Source: Haliotis rufescens
Taxonomy: Eukaryota
DNA length: 64,000 nucleotides
Direction: 5' to 3'
Assembly (NCBI RefSeq): GCF_023055435.1
Contig: NW_025964383.1
Location: 15,438,001-15,502,000 of the forward strand
A program made the translations under genes and the position numbers. The notes beneath the pieces were generated by a model that did not search any database, was not told the origin of the DNA, and saw only the letters and a list, made by a program, of their open reading frames with translations. Positions 1-10,038 of this stretch are shown piece after piece; within the stretch, counting starts at the first letter, position 1, and each line of letters opens with the position of its first letter.

Positions 1-509
1 GCACTTGTCTCATAATCCCTGCCAAACTGGCCAATAGTTAAGGTTTCATAAGGACAAGTACAAATTTGCCATATTTAGGGCTTGCCAAGTGTTATAATTC
101 TAAGGACTAAAACAGTCTATACTGAGGGACCAAATATACCCGGAATATCGACGAGCCTTAGGCCTACCGAAACAACAATGAATCAGCGTAAAATACTAGG
201 TATCTCTTATCTGGGCCTTGGAATACACAGTTGCGACAGGAATCCTAGTGAACTAAGTCATATTATATTTAGTCTCACAGTCACGTTATGAGTGGCGCGT
301 GGTTGACAAGGCTCCTCGTACGATACTCGCTGCACAACAATGACATTGACAGGTGGAACACATTTCGGAGATGTAAAACGAATGTCTATGTTTCAAGGAC
401 CTTAGATTATTTAATGAGATTAAAATGGTGAATTAACAAATGTATGGCCGTCTGGTCACCTTACAATTTTTTCAACACAGTTTCCTGAAATAAACAGAAT
501 GTGACTTAC

Positions 510-548
510 CACACGAGCACAACTCACACAAACACAGCGGGTCGCCAT
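510..548 (-). CDS. Candidate first exon of a minus-strand gene that runs off the left edge (MATRCVCVSCARV); could instead be 5'UTR
   Basis: Minus strand reads CCAACATGGCG (YY1/Kozak-like), then 13 open codons ending at a consensus donor GTG|GTAAGT. Promoter-type motifs lie immediately upstream. Confidence 0.4.
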
Positions 549-560
549 GTTGGAATGTCG

Positions 561-585
561 TTGAGGTCAGAGGTCACGTCATGAC
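561..585. promoter_or_regulatory. Perfect DR1 nuclear-receptor element overlapping a CRE-like site
   Basis: AGGTCA-G-AGGTCA at 564-576 followed by CACGTCATGAC, about 15 bp upstream of the minus-strand ATG/YY1 motif. Confidence 0.4.
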
Positions 586-1980
586 AAGTGCTTGAATAGA
601 AAACCACGGACGCAAAGGATACGGACAATGACACTCAAAACCACAAGTTTTTATACACATATTACAATCACGAAGCTTGCTTTAAAATTTAAGGTTCGAC
701 AGTTATCTTAATCTGTGTTATTTCACGAAACAAACTATGCATGCGAAAGAATTAAGAAAAGACAATGGCGAAACCGGTAATAGTCTCTGAAGAAACGAAA
801 CAGAAATCCCTACTTTTTACACAACATGTGATTAAAAGATAAACATAAAAGAAAGATTATCAAACAGGAAATATATTTTTTATATATCCTGGTTTGATAG
901 TATTTCTATATTTTTGTATAATCAGAATAATTCACGTTTATTCTTTTTTTCCACCTTTATTTTAATTTATATAATACATTTTTAAAGGAAATTACCGAAT
1001 AAAATTAAACGAATATAACAACAGCCACATATTTTGTCAAATCATTCTTTTGCTTTCAGCATGCATGTTAAAAAAAATTACTTTTTAAAGACAAAATAGT
1101 TTGTAATTTTAAGGTATTGATGAAATTCATTATCTGCGTCCCATGTTTTCTTCATCTTCTTGTATTGTACACAAAACATATTACAACTTAAAATAAATAA
1201 ATATGAAATATACTATTTACACAAACATGTTTACTAACTTCATACCTAAATAATATGAACTCATCTTATAAAATGTCACAGTTTAATATAATCATTCACA
1301 AAACATTCTGATATGATTTTACTTAATTGTAACTCCACATTCGGGGGTGATTCACAAGTAAGCCCAAACCACACAACCCTAAGCGAGCAAAGTGACTGCT
1401 CGTTCCACGCAGCGTGCCGATATAAGCTTCAGAGCGGTAGCGAGTTTGTTTACCATTCGCACAAAGCAAGCAAGAGCTGCTTCAACGACATTTCCAGAGT
1501 AAATCGCCAAAGGAATTCGGCCACTGTCTGTGAAAGCATTGGTATGTATTGGAAAAGGATTGATTCTCACGTGAATATTGTAGTTAAGCGTTATAAGCAT
1601 TGCTGGTGTGTCGATCAATGGCTGTTGCCAGTGCTCACGAGCATTTCGCTCGAGGCCCTAGTTGACCTACTTTTAGAAACAGTACGGTTCCTTTACATCA
1701 TATATAACTATAAAGACTCCGTAACAACAGCTGTGAGATGTGCCTTTGAAACGGATATTCCCGAAGAAAGACGCGGTCGTTTAATTACATTGTTACGTAA
1801 TTATATTGTTTGTAACCATATCGCCACCAAAGCTCTTTGTTGGGTCACCGTGACCGGCACAGCAATGAGGCCCTATCAGGGTTGAACATACGTGTAGGTA
1901 TGAGGTTCAGTTCGTTTATTCTGGAGTGACAATTTTTAGTGGTGTTTACCTTTTGGCCCCGCAATAATTCACTTATTTGT

Positions 1981-2402
1981 AAAGACAAGATAGTTTATGG
2001 ATAACTACGTCTTTATTCTATGATGATGCGACGTTTCGGTATAGACCCTTATACCGTGTTCAAGCAAAGAGTGAAGTTGTTTGTTTTGTTTGTTTGTTTG
2101 TTGTTTAACGCCACACTCAGCAATATTCCAGCTGTATGACGGCGAGTGAAATAAGACAGCACAGTATAGAATTATATCTAACAAGTCAATGCCCCATAAA
2201 CGTCAGAATAAAAGAACATAAAACATCTACCACCAAGGTAGATCGAAAATCAGCCATCTGAGACAAAATCACCAACTGCCCCAATCACAATATCATGTGG
2301 GACAACGTACACATCCTATGAAACAATCTGATAAGGATTTATGCCGAAACGTCGCATCAAAATAGAATAAAGAAATTGTCATCCATAAAATATCTTGTCT
2401 TT
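1981..2402. mobile_element. Penelope-like-derived inverted-repeat element
   Basis: ~70-bp imperfect inverted repeats (1981-2052 and 2331-2402) containing the pLTR-type motif stem-loop-CCGAAACGTCG...AATAAAG. A SINE tail fragment lies inside (2085-2145). Confidence 0.55.
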
Positions 2403-2654
2403 ACTGTCACATACCAATTTCTAAAAAAAAATTAAAAAATTCTTAAACAGTTCATTCATTTATTTTCTCAGGAAACCATAATGAAACAGTTTCATAAATG
2501 TCTGGCGTGACAGCTCCAAGCAGCTTCCCGAGGCAAGGGAGTTAACTGATTATAAAAGGTAAGACTTGATTTTTGCAGTCAGTTGACTCCCTTGCCTCGG
2601 GAAGATGGCTCCAAGTTGCCGTTTGATTATAAAGAAGTCGAGTTAGTATAGAAG

Positions 2655-2927
2655 GACCCGCGAAGATTCCGGGGTAGAATAGGTCTTCAGCAACCCATGC
2701 TTGCCGTAAAAGGCGACTATGCTTGTCGTAAAAGGCGACTAACGGGATCGGGTGGTCAGGCTCGCTGACTTGGTTGATGCATGTCATCGATCCCAATTAC
2801 GTGGATCGATGCTCATGATATCAATTACTGGATTGTCTGGTCCAGACTCGGTTATTTACAGACCGCCGTCATATAGCCGGAATATTGCTGAGTGCGGCGT
2901 TAAACAACAAAGCAACCAAAAACCAAC
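2655..2927 (+). mobile_element. Short retroposon family A (non-tRNA structured head), full length
   Basis: Runs from GACCCGCGAAGAT to GCGGCGTTAAAC(AAC)n, flanked by the 11-bp target-site duplication TAGTATAGAAG (2644-2654 and 2928-2938). More than 10 related copies occur in the window. Confidence 0.85.
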
Positions 2928-3264
2928 TAGTATAGAAGAACATAGAGTTAGTACCTGATATGTTTGGTGTAAAGCTAAGTTGAGTTGTTTGTTTCATGAT
3001 GGACAATGGTGACGTTGCAAATATTTTTTTTATGCATTTGGGGATTTGGATTTCATGTATTGTTATGATATTCTAGTTAGTGTCCGCGAAGTTCCCCATA
3101 TACGCCATGCAAACATTAAATCTTGTAGGGTACAGAAGTGACATTTTGCAACATAAACACAATCTAGCGCTAGTTTTGTGAATAATCATTTTATCTATTT
3201 TTGGCTAATTATACGGACGAATTGTGAAAATTAGAGTCTCTTATAAAAAATAATGTATTAAGAC

Positions 3265-3405
3265 TGTGTTTGTTTGTTGTTTAACGCCGCACTCGGGAAT
3301 ATTCCAGCAAAATGAGGCGGTTTGTAAATAATCGAGTCTGTACCAGACAATCCAGTGATTGATAGGTTTCTGGGGACCTAATGTAACCCGGACTCCTCAC
3401 GGGAT
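3265..3405 (-). mobile_element. Family A retroposon, internally deleted (head joined to tail)
   Basis: Reverse complement of the family A tail (3265-3362) joined to a diverged head CCCGTGAGGAGTCCGGGTTACATTAGGTCCCCAG. Confidence 0.65.
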
Positions 3406-3457
3406 GATTAACAATACGATGATATCAATGACTGTGACAATCGTCAGTATGGAACTA

Positions 3458-3631
3458 CAGTAAACTACGTTTATAACGAACACGCTTATAACGAACTTAC
3501 CGATGTAACGAACTTATTTTTAGTCCCGGCCATTTGTTGTATATATGCTGAATATATGCTTATGCCGAACTACGGTTATTACCAACTAAAATTAGTGGTC
3601 CCTTTGAGTTCGTTATAACCGTAGTTTACTG
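3458..3631. mobile_element. Tc1/mariner/pogo-type MITE
   Basis: TIRs CAGTAAACTACGTTTATAACGAAC / GTTCGTTATAACCGTAGTTTACTG, flanked by TA on both sides. Confidence 0.8.
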
Positions 3632-3774
3632 TACTGTTCTTTTTATTTTAGTTATTCTTTCACGTACTTGTCTTGTGTTGACATGTGTCAAATTTGAACA
3701 TAATCTTGAATGATAAATCTTAAGTTTGTATTTTCTGACTTCAGGTATACCTATACTTGGGAAGGCCGGTTACC

Positions 3775-6102
3775 ATGGCGATGAAACCGGAACCAATGGA
3801 GCTTGAAGGAGAGGAGACCTCGAGGCCAAATCAGGGGTCCGTCTTTCCCATGCAGCTAATTCAGAATGAAACCCTTAACGATAGAACGCTTCACACAGAG
3901 CAGAACAACCCACTTGCCACGGCCGGAGACATCAACAACGACATTGACGCCATCATTGCATCTACGTCAGGGAGCTTCTTACAGAACGCTAACCTCGACC
4001 ATCAGTTTGAGGAAACCCTTGAGATGAAACCCGTACACGAGAAACATCACAGTGCAGTGTCTGAGATACTACTGGGAAGAGAACAGGGGCATCCGGGGGC
4101 ACGGGGCAAGCATTACCAGGACTCCCACTTCCCCACCTACACCATAGCCCGCGGGGAGGTGGAACTCAACTCCAAGTTCCTCCCCAAGAAGTACAAGTGT
4201 GCGTTGTGTCTCTACAAGACCAGCTACAAGTCTGATCTCAATAGACACATGCGGCGCCATGCTAACGGTCGAGAGCTTGTGTCGTGTAGAGACTGCCATG
4301 CCTCGTTCACGTCCCAGTCAACGCTTGTGTTCCATCAGATGAAGTGCCCGAACAGTCACGGCCCCACAGCGGGGAATGTGACGGTGAGCTGTGAGATCTG
4401 CCCCTATTCCACCTCCTACAAGTCGGACCTGACCCGTCACATGAAGAGTCACTACACCCACGAGTTTGCGTGTGATGTATGTCTTAAGCCTTTCAAAGTT
4501 CAGGCCTTGGTAGACCACCACAGACTGACGGTTCATAACATTGTGGTCGGTGATGTTGGTGATGTTGGGAGTGAAGGGACTTACGATTCGATGGTTCAAC
4601 TCTATAACCCCTATTACCAACCGACGGCGGAGACAGCAGGGAAGTCGGATGTGATATTTCTCCAAGATACAAGCAACCCAGAACTCGCCTTCGATGATGC
4701 ACAAGTTCTACGCCAGATTGAATACCGACCTGAAGATGTGCCATACGGTGATGGGGATGCCGTGACCGAAGACTGTGTGGTTATCGATGATGATGAACGG
4801 GAGGAAGCTAAACCCAACCCTGAGTTACTTGTCTCGGAGTATGTTGTTAACGATCGTCCAAAGAAACGAGATTTCATCCATTCTCGTCCAGTACCGAGTG
4901 TTGTCAAGGGCAACTCTCAGGGAAACATCCTGATTGGTCAGTCAGCGAAACAAACTGGAACAACAGGTCGACCGGAAACACCAGAAGTGGGTAACAAGTG
5001 TCAATTACAGAGACAGAGCCGAGTCAGAGAGCTTCTGTCTCTCAACAGTGGCAAGCAGGCGACCGTTACTGTGCCTATCAGGCAGTTCTGTTGTGAGAAC
5101 TGTCATGGTGTATACGCCTCAGTCAAGGAGCTGATAAATCACAAGAAATCCTGCCTTGGATCCAAGACTCCACAAAGGGTTCACCGCTGTAGTCTATGCT
5201 CCTTCCAGACGTGCAATGTTTTGACGTTTCAGAAACACAGAAGCAAACATTCTGCAGTTTATAGATGTGAAGGCTGCGATCAAACCTTCTTGAAGGAAAC
5301 CAGTCTTTTCAAACACAAACCCTTCTGTCGGAGAGCAGTGGCGAACTCCTTAGTTAGGATAAAGTTCGGGCAGCCTGGGTCATCAAGAAACAGAACTAAG
5401 TCCTCTGATGCTGTTCTTCAACAGAAACAACACAACATGAAGACCCTTGTTCCAGATCCGATGAAAGACCCGTCGCCAGGGGTAGTTCAACGCAAGCAAA
5501 AGCATGTCAACCAGTCACACAATGTGCCATCAAACCCAGGAGACATACTGACACATCCTCCTGATACCGGTCGTTTTGCGAGACTCATCTCGGACTTTGA
5601 CGACTTTGCAAGGAGGCCTTATGCCTGTGCTCTTTGTTTCTACCGGTCGACAAGTGTTCATGTTCTTTCAAAACACGTGGAGAATCATCTCACTGGATGC
5701 AATGTTGACCCAATACCCGAGTCTGCAAGATTTCGCGTTCAGAAACAAAACTCAGAAGTGTCACATCCACAATTATTACAAACACACCCTGAACATTCAG
5801 TGGACGCTCAGAGGGAAGAGGTCAACAGAACCGCGCAAATTGACTGTAGACCCGCATCACTAGACGGAACTCAGTTCATTAGTAATCCTGTCCCAACCAG
5901 GATAAGACAGCAGGCAATGACACAGACAGGTTCTGTGAGACAATGGCGGGCTCGGGGACGGGTCCGGGTGCCTCGATTCACCAAGGCGTTTGCCTGCCGC
6001 GTGTGTAGCAAGCAGTTCACGGTGCGGAGTCTGATGCAGCGGCACCTCCAGAAGATGCACAAGGATGACATGGATACAGGAGACGACCAGTCTAAAGAAT
6101 AA
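3775..6102 (+). CDS. C2H2-type zinc-finger protein (775 aa, 9 fingers of which 3 are C2HC)
   Basis: Long ORF after the splice acceptor ttttctgacttcag|3745, with Kozak ACCATGG at 3775. Fingers include YKCALCLYKTSYKSDLNRHMRRH, CEICPYSTSYKSDLTRHMKSH and FACRVCSKQFTVRSLMQRHLQKMH. Upstream coding exons cannot be excluded. Confidence 0.92.
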   Translation: MAMKPEPMELEGEETSRPNQGSVFPMQLIQNETLNDRTLHTEQNNPLATAGDINNDIDAIIASTSGSFLQNANLDHQFEETLEMKPVHEKHHSAVSEILLGREQGHPGARGKHYQDSHFPTYTIARGEVELNSKFLPKKYKCALCLYKTSYKSDLNRHMRRHANGRELVSCRDCHASFTSQSTLVFHQMKCPNSHGPTAGNVTVSCEICPYSTSYKSDLTRHMKSHYTHEFACDVCLKPFKVQALVDHHRLTVHNIVVGDVGDVGSEGTYDSMVQLYNPYYQPTAETAGKSDVIFLQDTSNPELAFDDAQVLRQIEYRPEDVPYGDGDAVTEDCVVIDDDEREEAKPNPELLVSEYVVNDRPKKRDFIHSRPVPSVVKGNSQGNILIGQSAKQTGTTGRPETPEVGNKCQLQRQSRVRELLSLNSGKQATVTVPIRQFCCENCHGVYASVKELINHKKSCLGSKTPQRVHRCSLCSFQTCNVLTFQKHRSKHSAVYRCEGCDQTFLKETSLFKHKPFCRRAVANSLVRIKFGQPGSSRNRTKSSDAVLQQKQHNMKTLVPDPMKDPSPGVVQRKQKHVNQSHNVPSNPGDILTHPPDTGRFARLISDFDDFARRPYACALCFYRSTSVHVLSKHVENHLTGCNVDPIPESARFRVQKQNSEVSHPQLLQTHPEHSVDAQREEVNRTAQIDCRPASLDGTQFISNPVPTRIRQQAMTQTGSVRQWRARGRVRVPRFTKAFACRVCSKQFTVRSLMQRHLQKMHKDDMDTGDDQSKE

Positions 6103-6197
6103 CCTCGTCCACACCTAGGTCAGTTGCTGGACAGCCTTAGGGACAATGAGCTATTGTGTATGGACAGATAATTCTGCATCCTCGTATTTACACTTAC

Positions 6198-6475
6198 AGT
6201 GAGTGAGTTTGGTTGAACGCCGCTTTTAACAGTATTCCAGTTATATCACGTCGTGTCGGCTAAATGTGGGAGGAAAGCCCGAAGTGATGCAGGTCTCAGA
6301 CGTTTACCATACGGTGAAACCCACGATTACGGACTGTATGGTGCTGACAAACCTAGAAACATAATCGGGACGAACCGGGATTCGAACCTTCAATCATAGG
6401 TTTCTGGCGTACCCAAGGGACGCAACTCTGCACAGCGAATCGCGGCGCCTAAGACGACTGGGCCACCCGTGCCCC
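6198..6475 (-). mobile_element. tRNA-derived SINE family C, full length
   Basis: Minus strand has A-box GTGGCCCAGTCGTCTTAGGCGC (tRNA-Leu-like), B-box GGTTCGAATCCC, body GGGCTTTCCTCCCACA, and the shared tail ending in (ACTC)n. Confidence 0.75.
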
Positions 6476-6599
6476 GACACTGAAGAATAACTGTATTGTT
6501 TTCTTGTGATGGCCTTGTCCTGTTGCAGATCTGTTCCTTCACACTTAGCATTGTGTTGGTCAAGTATCAGTAATTATTGTTGCATTAATAGAATTATTC

Positions 6600-7772
6600 G
6601 AATAGGTCTTCAGAAACCCATTCTTGTCGTAAAAGGCGACTATATGTTTGTCGGAAGAGGTGAACAACGGAATCAGGTGCTCAGGCTCGCTCACTTGGTT
6701 GATGCATGTCATCGTATCCCAATTGCGTGGATCGATGCTCATGATGTCAATCACTGGATTGAATGGTCCATACGCGGTTATTTCCAGACTGCCGTCATAT
6801 AGCTGGAATATTGCTGAGCGCGGCGTTAAACAACAATCAACCAACAAACCATGATTGGAATTAATTGTCCGACCATCAGTCTTTACAAAAGACAAAAATT
6901 GTTCACTGAACATGCAGGATGTCCTGAAATTTTTTTACAAGCACAGTAATAAATAATTTCAATGTCCGGCCCAATTTCTGCATTCCCGCGAAGATATCCG
7001 GGGTAGAATAGATCCTCAGCAACCCATGCTTGCTGTAAATGGCGACAATGCTTGTCGTAACGGGCGACTAACGTGATCGGGTGATCAGGCTCGCTGACTT
7101 GGTTGATGCATGTCATCGATTCCAATTGCGTGGATCGATGTGCATGACGCCAATCACTGGATTGTCTGGTCTGGTATTATTTACAGACCGCCGTCATATA
7201 CCTGGAATTTTGCTGAGTGCGGCGTTAAACAACCGCTCGGTTGCGGTTTGATAGACGATAATAAAAACAGGAAATTTCGTCTTATTATTGCTTTACATTG
7301 TGATCATTGTGTAGAGGAATGAATAGCGTGAAACAACCTGTGTGTGAGGTCAGTCGGTGTTCGACCCGTGAAGATCCGGGGTAGAATGGGTCTTTAGCAA
7401 CCCATGCTTGCCGCAAAAGGCGATTATGCTTGTAAGAGGAGACTAACGGGATCAGATGGTCAGGCTCGCTGACTTGGTTGATGCCTGTCATCGTATCTCA
7501 GTTGCGTGGATCGATGCTCATGATATCAATCATTCGATTATTTACAGACCGCCGACATATAGCTGGAATATTGCTGAGTGCGCCGGTACACAACAGTGGA
7601 TCGGGTGGTCAGGCTCGCTGGCTGATGCATGTCATCGTATCTCAATTGCGTGGATCGATGCTCATGATATCAATCACTGCCTTGTCTGGTCCAATCTCGA
7701 TTATTTACAGACCGCCATTATATAGCTGGAATATTACTGAGTGCGGCGTTAAACAAACAAACAAAAAGCAAA
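6600..7772 (+). mobile_element. Cluster of three same-orientation family A copies (~6600-6850, 6985-7233, 7363-7772; the last has an internal duplication)
   Basis: Repeated head/body/tail motifs matching the copy at 2655-2927. Confidence 0.85.
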
Positions 7773-7774
7773 AA

Positions 7775-8219
7775 GACATCTAAACAGAAGGGGTTGTTCG
7801 GGCTAAACATGACTGTTGTCTTCCCTTGACATCTAAACAGAAGGGGGTTGTTCGGGCTAAACATGATTGTTGTCTTCCCTTGACATCTAAACAGTCGGGG
7901 CTTGTTCGGGCTAAACATGACTGGTGTCTTTCCTTGACATCTAAACAGAAGGGGGTTGTTCGGGCTAAACATGACTGTTGTCTATCCTTGACATCTAAAC
8001 AGAATAGGGTTGTTCGGGCTAAACATGACTGTTGTCTTCCCTTGACATCTAAACAGAATAGGGTTGTTCGGGCTAAACATGACTGTTGTCTATCCTTGAC
8101 ATCTACACAGAAGGGGGTTGTCAGGGCTAAACATGACTGTTTTGTTTCCTTGACATCTTAACAGTATGGGGTTGTTCGGGCTAAACATGACTGTTGTCTT
8201 TCCTTGACACCTGAACAGA
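7775..8219. repeat. 54-bp minisatellite, ~8 copies
   Basis: Unit GACATCTAAACAGAAGGGGGTTGTTCGGGCTAAACATGACTGTTGTCTTCCCTT. Confidence 0.95.
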
Positions 8220-8231
8220 ATGAGGTGTGTC

Positions 8232-8384
8232 AGTGTGTGTGATTTTACGCCTCTTTTATCAATATTCCAGTAATATCACGAGGGTGGACACCAGGATTGG
8301 GTTTTACACATTCTGTCCATGTGGGGAATCGAACCCGGGTCTTCGACGTTACGGGCGAACGCTTTAACCAATGGGCTACCCCAC
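8232..8384 (-). mobile_element. tRNA-derived SINE family B
   Basis: Reverse complement of GGTAGCC..TGGTTAAAGCGTTCGC..GGTTCGATTCCC..GGCGTAAAA. Confidence 0.8.
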
Positions 8385-8629
8385 GAACTGTGCTACAGAC
8401 AAAAAATTGCCTGCCACAAAACTTTGCATTGTTGCAAGGTGTTATTTTAATAAATATTCAGTCTCATTGTTTTAAATACAAAACTATCTGGTTTTGTAGG
8501 TGTAGCTGAAAAAATATAATTTCGGTACACATTCCAGCTCCATTACAAAATAGCGCAGGTCAATGTTCTGTGCTTATTTATAGTTATGTTCACTTGGAGA
8601 TAATAATAATAGGTCAGTACGCCTTCTCA

Positions 8630-8802
8630 CGGTTCGCCCCGATTATGTTTCTAGGTTTTTTAGCACCATACTCGTGTTTTTCACCTAAGTGGTAAACGTC
8701 TGAGACCTGCATCACTTCGGGCTTTCCTCCCACATTAAGCTTACACGCCGCGATATAACTGGAATACTGTTACAAGCGGCGTTAAACCCAACTCACTCAC
8801 TA
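8630..8802 (+). mobile_element. SINE family C, 5'-truncated
   Basis: Matches the body and tail of 6198-6475 in the opposite orientation. Confidence 0.75.
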
Positions 8803-9065
8803 CTAGACACATCACGCTGAAACGTTGTAAAATAGTACAGATTTTGATCAAAGTGGCGTTAACCCACAGGTCACGTTAGTCAAGTGTAGTCCTTGGATGG
8901 GTAATCGTGTTCGGCTGCTTGACTCCTGAGAGTATCTTGGTTCTCGTTCCTCCCCCACACTGAAGCACACGTAGTACATGTGGTGTCTCTTTGGGCAAGT
9001 GTCTTTGTTCGAAATCACATCATATGAGCATGATATTCAGCATGGAAAAAGTGTCATACAAATGG

Positions 9066-9820
9066 ACTATTATTATTATTGTTGTTGTTTTTATTATTAT
9101 TATTTAAAGATTAAAATTTTAAAAAATGCAGCAAAGATGGTTTGGGTGATCCTGGCACAGTCAGGCTGATTAGGCTCATCATCAGCTCAGGGCCCTTGCC
9201 CCCTCTACACGCAGCCCAGACAGCGAATGGGACTTCTCCCAGGAAGCGCTGCCTAGTCAAACACACCAAGACCTTTTAGGAAAATGTGACTTCCCAACAC
9301 TGCAGCCTTCTGCATCACCCAGGTTGTCAGAAGGGCTGTAATCCTTGTAGCAAACCCGGGTACTCTCCAAAAGGTCAGTCAGCAGATTGGGAGGTACCAA
9401 ACCTAAGGCACCGAGAACAATGGGGAGTCGGACAACTTGGTATTTGAGATACAAGCGTGACATTTCGAAAGCAAGGTCCGCATATTTGCCATGTTTTTCC
9501 TGAATCTTGTCGATCACATTAGTGTCAAAAGGGACAGAAAATTATATAAATGATTTCATTGGATTTATATAAATAATATAAATGATTTCATTTGATTTAT
9601 CAAAAAGAACCAGATCAGGTTTGTTGGCCTAGATGCGTCTGAGGCTGTAAACTGGCCTATTCCAAGGAATTTTGTATTTATCATTGTCCATGACACCCTC
9701 TACATATTCCGGGTCATACAATGGATGGACCTATGGCGAAGACGGTAATAAAATGATCGAGCCACTCCATCATGTCGCTTAAGATACTGTGTTTGTGCAA
9801 AGCTGGGCATCCACTGTTAT
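9066..9820 (-). mobile_element. 3' fragment of an RLE-type non-LTR retrotransposon (R4/Dong-like), degenerate
   Basis: Minus strand gives RHDGVA...ANKPDLVLFDK...KHGKYADLAFEMSRLY..VVRLPIVLGALG (restriction-like endonuclease motifs). The 3'UTR ends in a (TAA)n/(CAA)n microsatellite. Confidence 0.8.
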
Positions 9821-9839
9821 TATAAATAAACTCACTCAC

Positions 9840-10038
9840 CCGCTCAAATCGACCTGTGCAGAGTGGCATCCCCTAGGCGTGTCAGAATCCTATGAGCGTG
9901 TGTTCGAATTCGCGGTTCAGCCAGATTATGTTTCTTGTTTTGGACCTACATTAATTCTGACTTTCCTGCCCCCATCTAGCTGACAGGCCGTAACAGAAAT
10001 ACTGTTCAGAGCGGCGTTAATCAATACTCACTCACTCT
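9840..10038 (+). mobile_element. Diverged family C-related SINE
   Basis: GTGCAGAGTGGCATCCC..GTTCGAATTC..GATTATGTTTCT..GCGGCGTTAA..(ACTC)n. Confidence 0.55.

Noticed and set aside
2542-2958. Recurrent small ORFs (SQLRGSML.., PPSYSWNIAECGVKQ) here and at 6506-7783, 48427, 54721 and 63600
   Set aside because: Chance translations of family A; frames and stops vary between copies.
4069-6114. Antisense and alternate-frame ORFs within the ZnF and EGF exons
   Set aside because: Shadow ORFs of real coding sequence with no independent features.
8845-8910. 5S-rRNA box C-like TAGTCCTTGGATGGG
   Set aside because: Too degenerate to call a 5S gene. At most a decayed SINE3 fragment.
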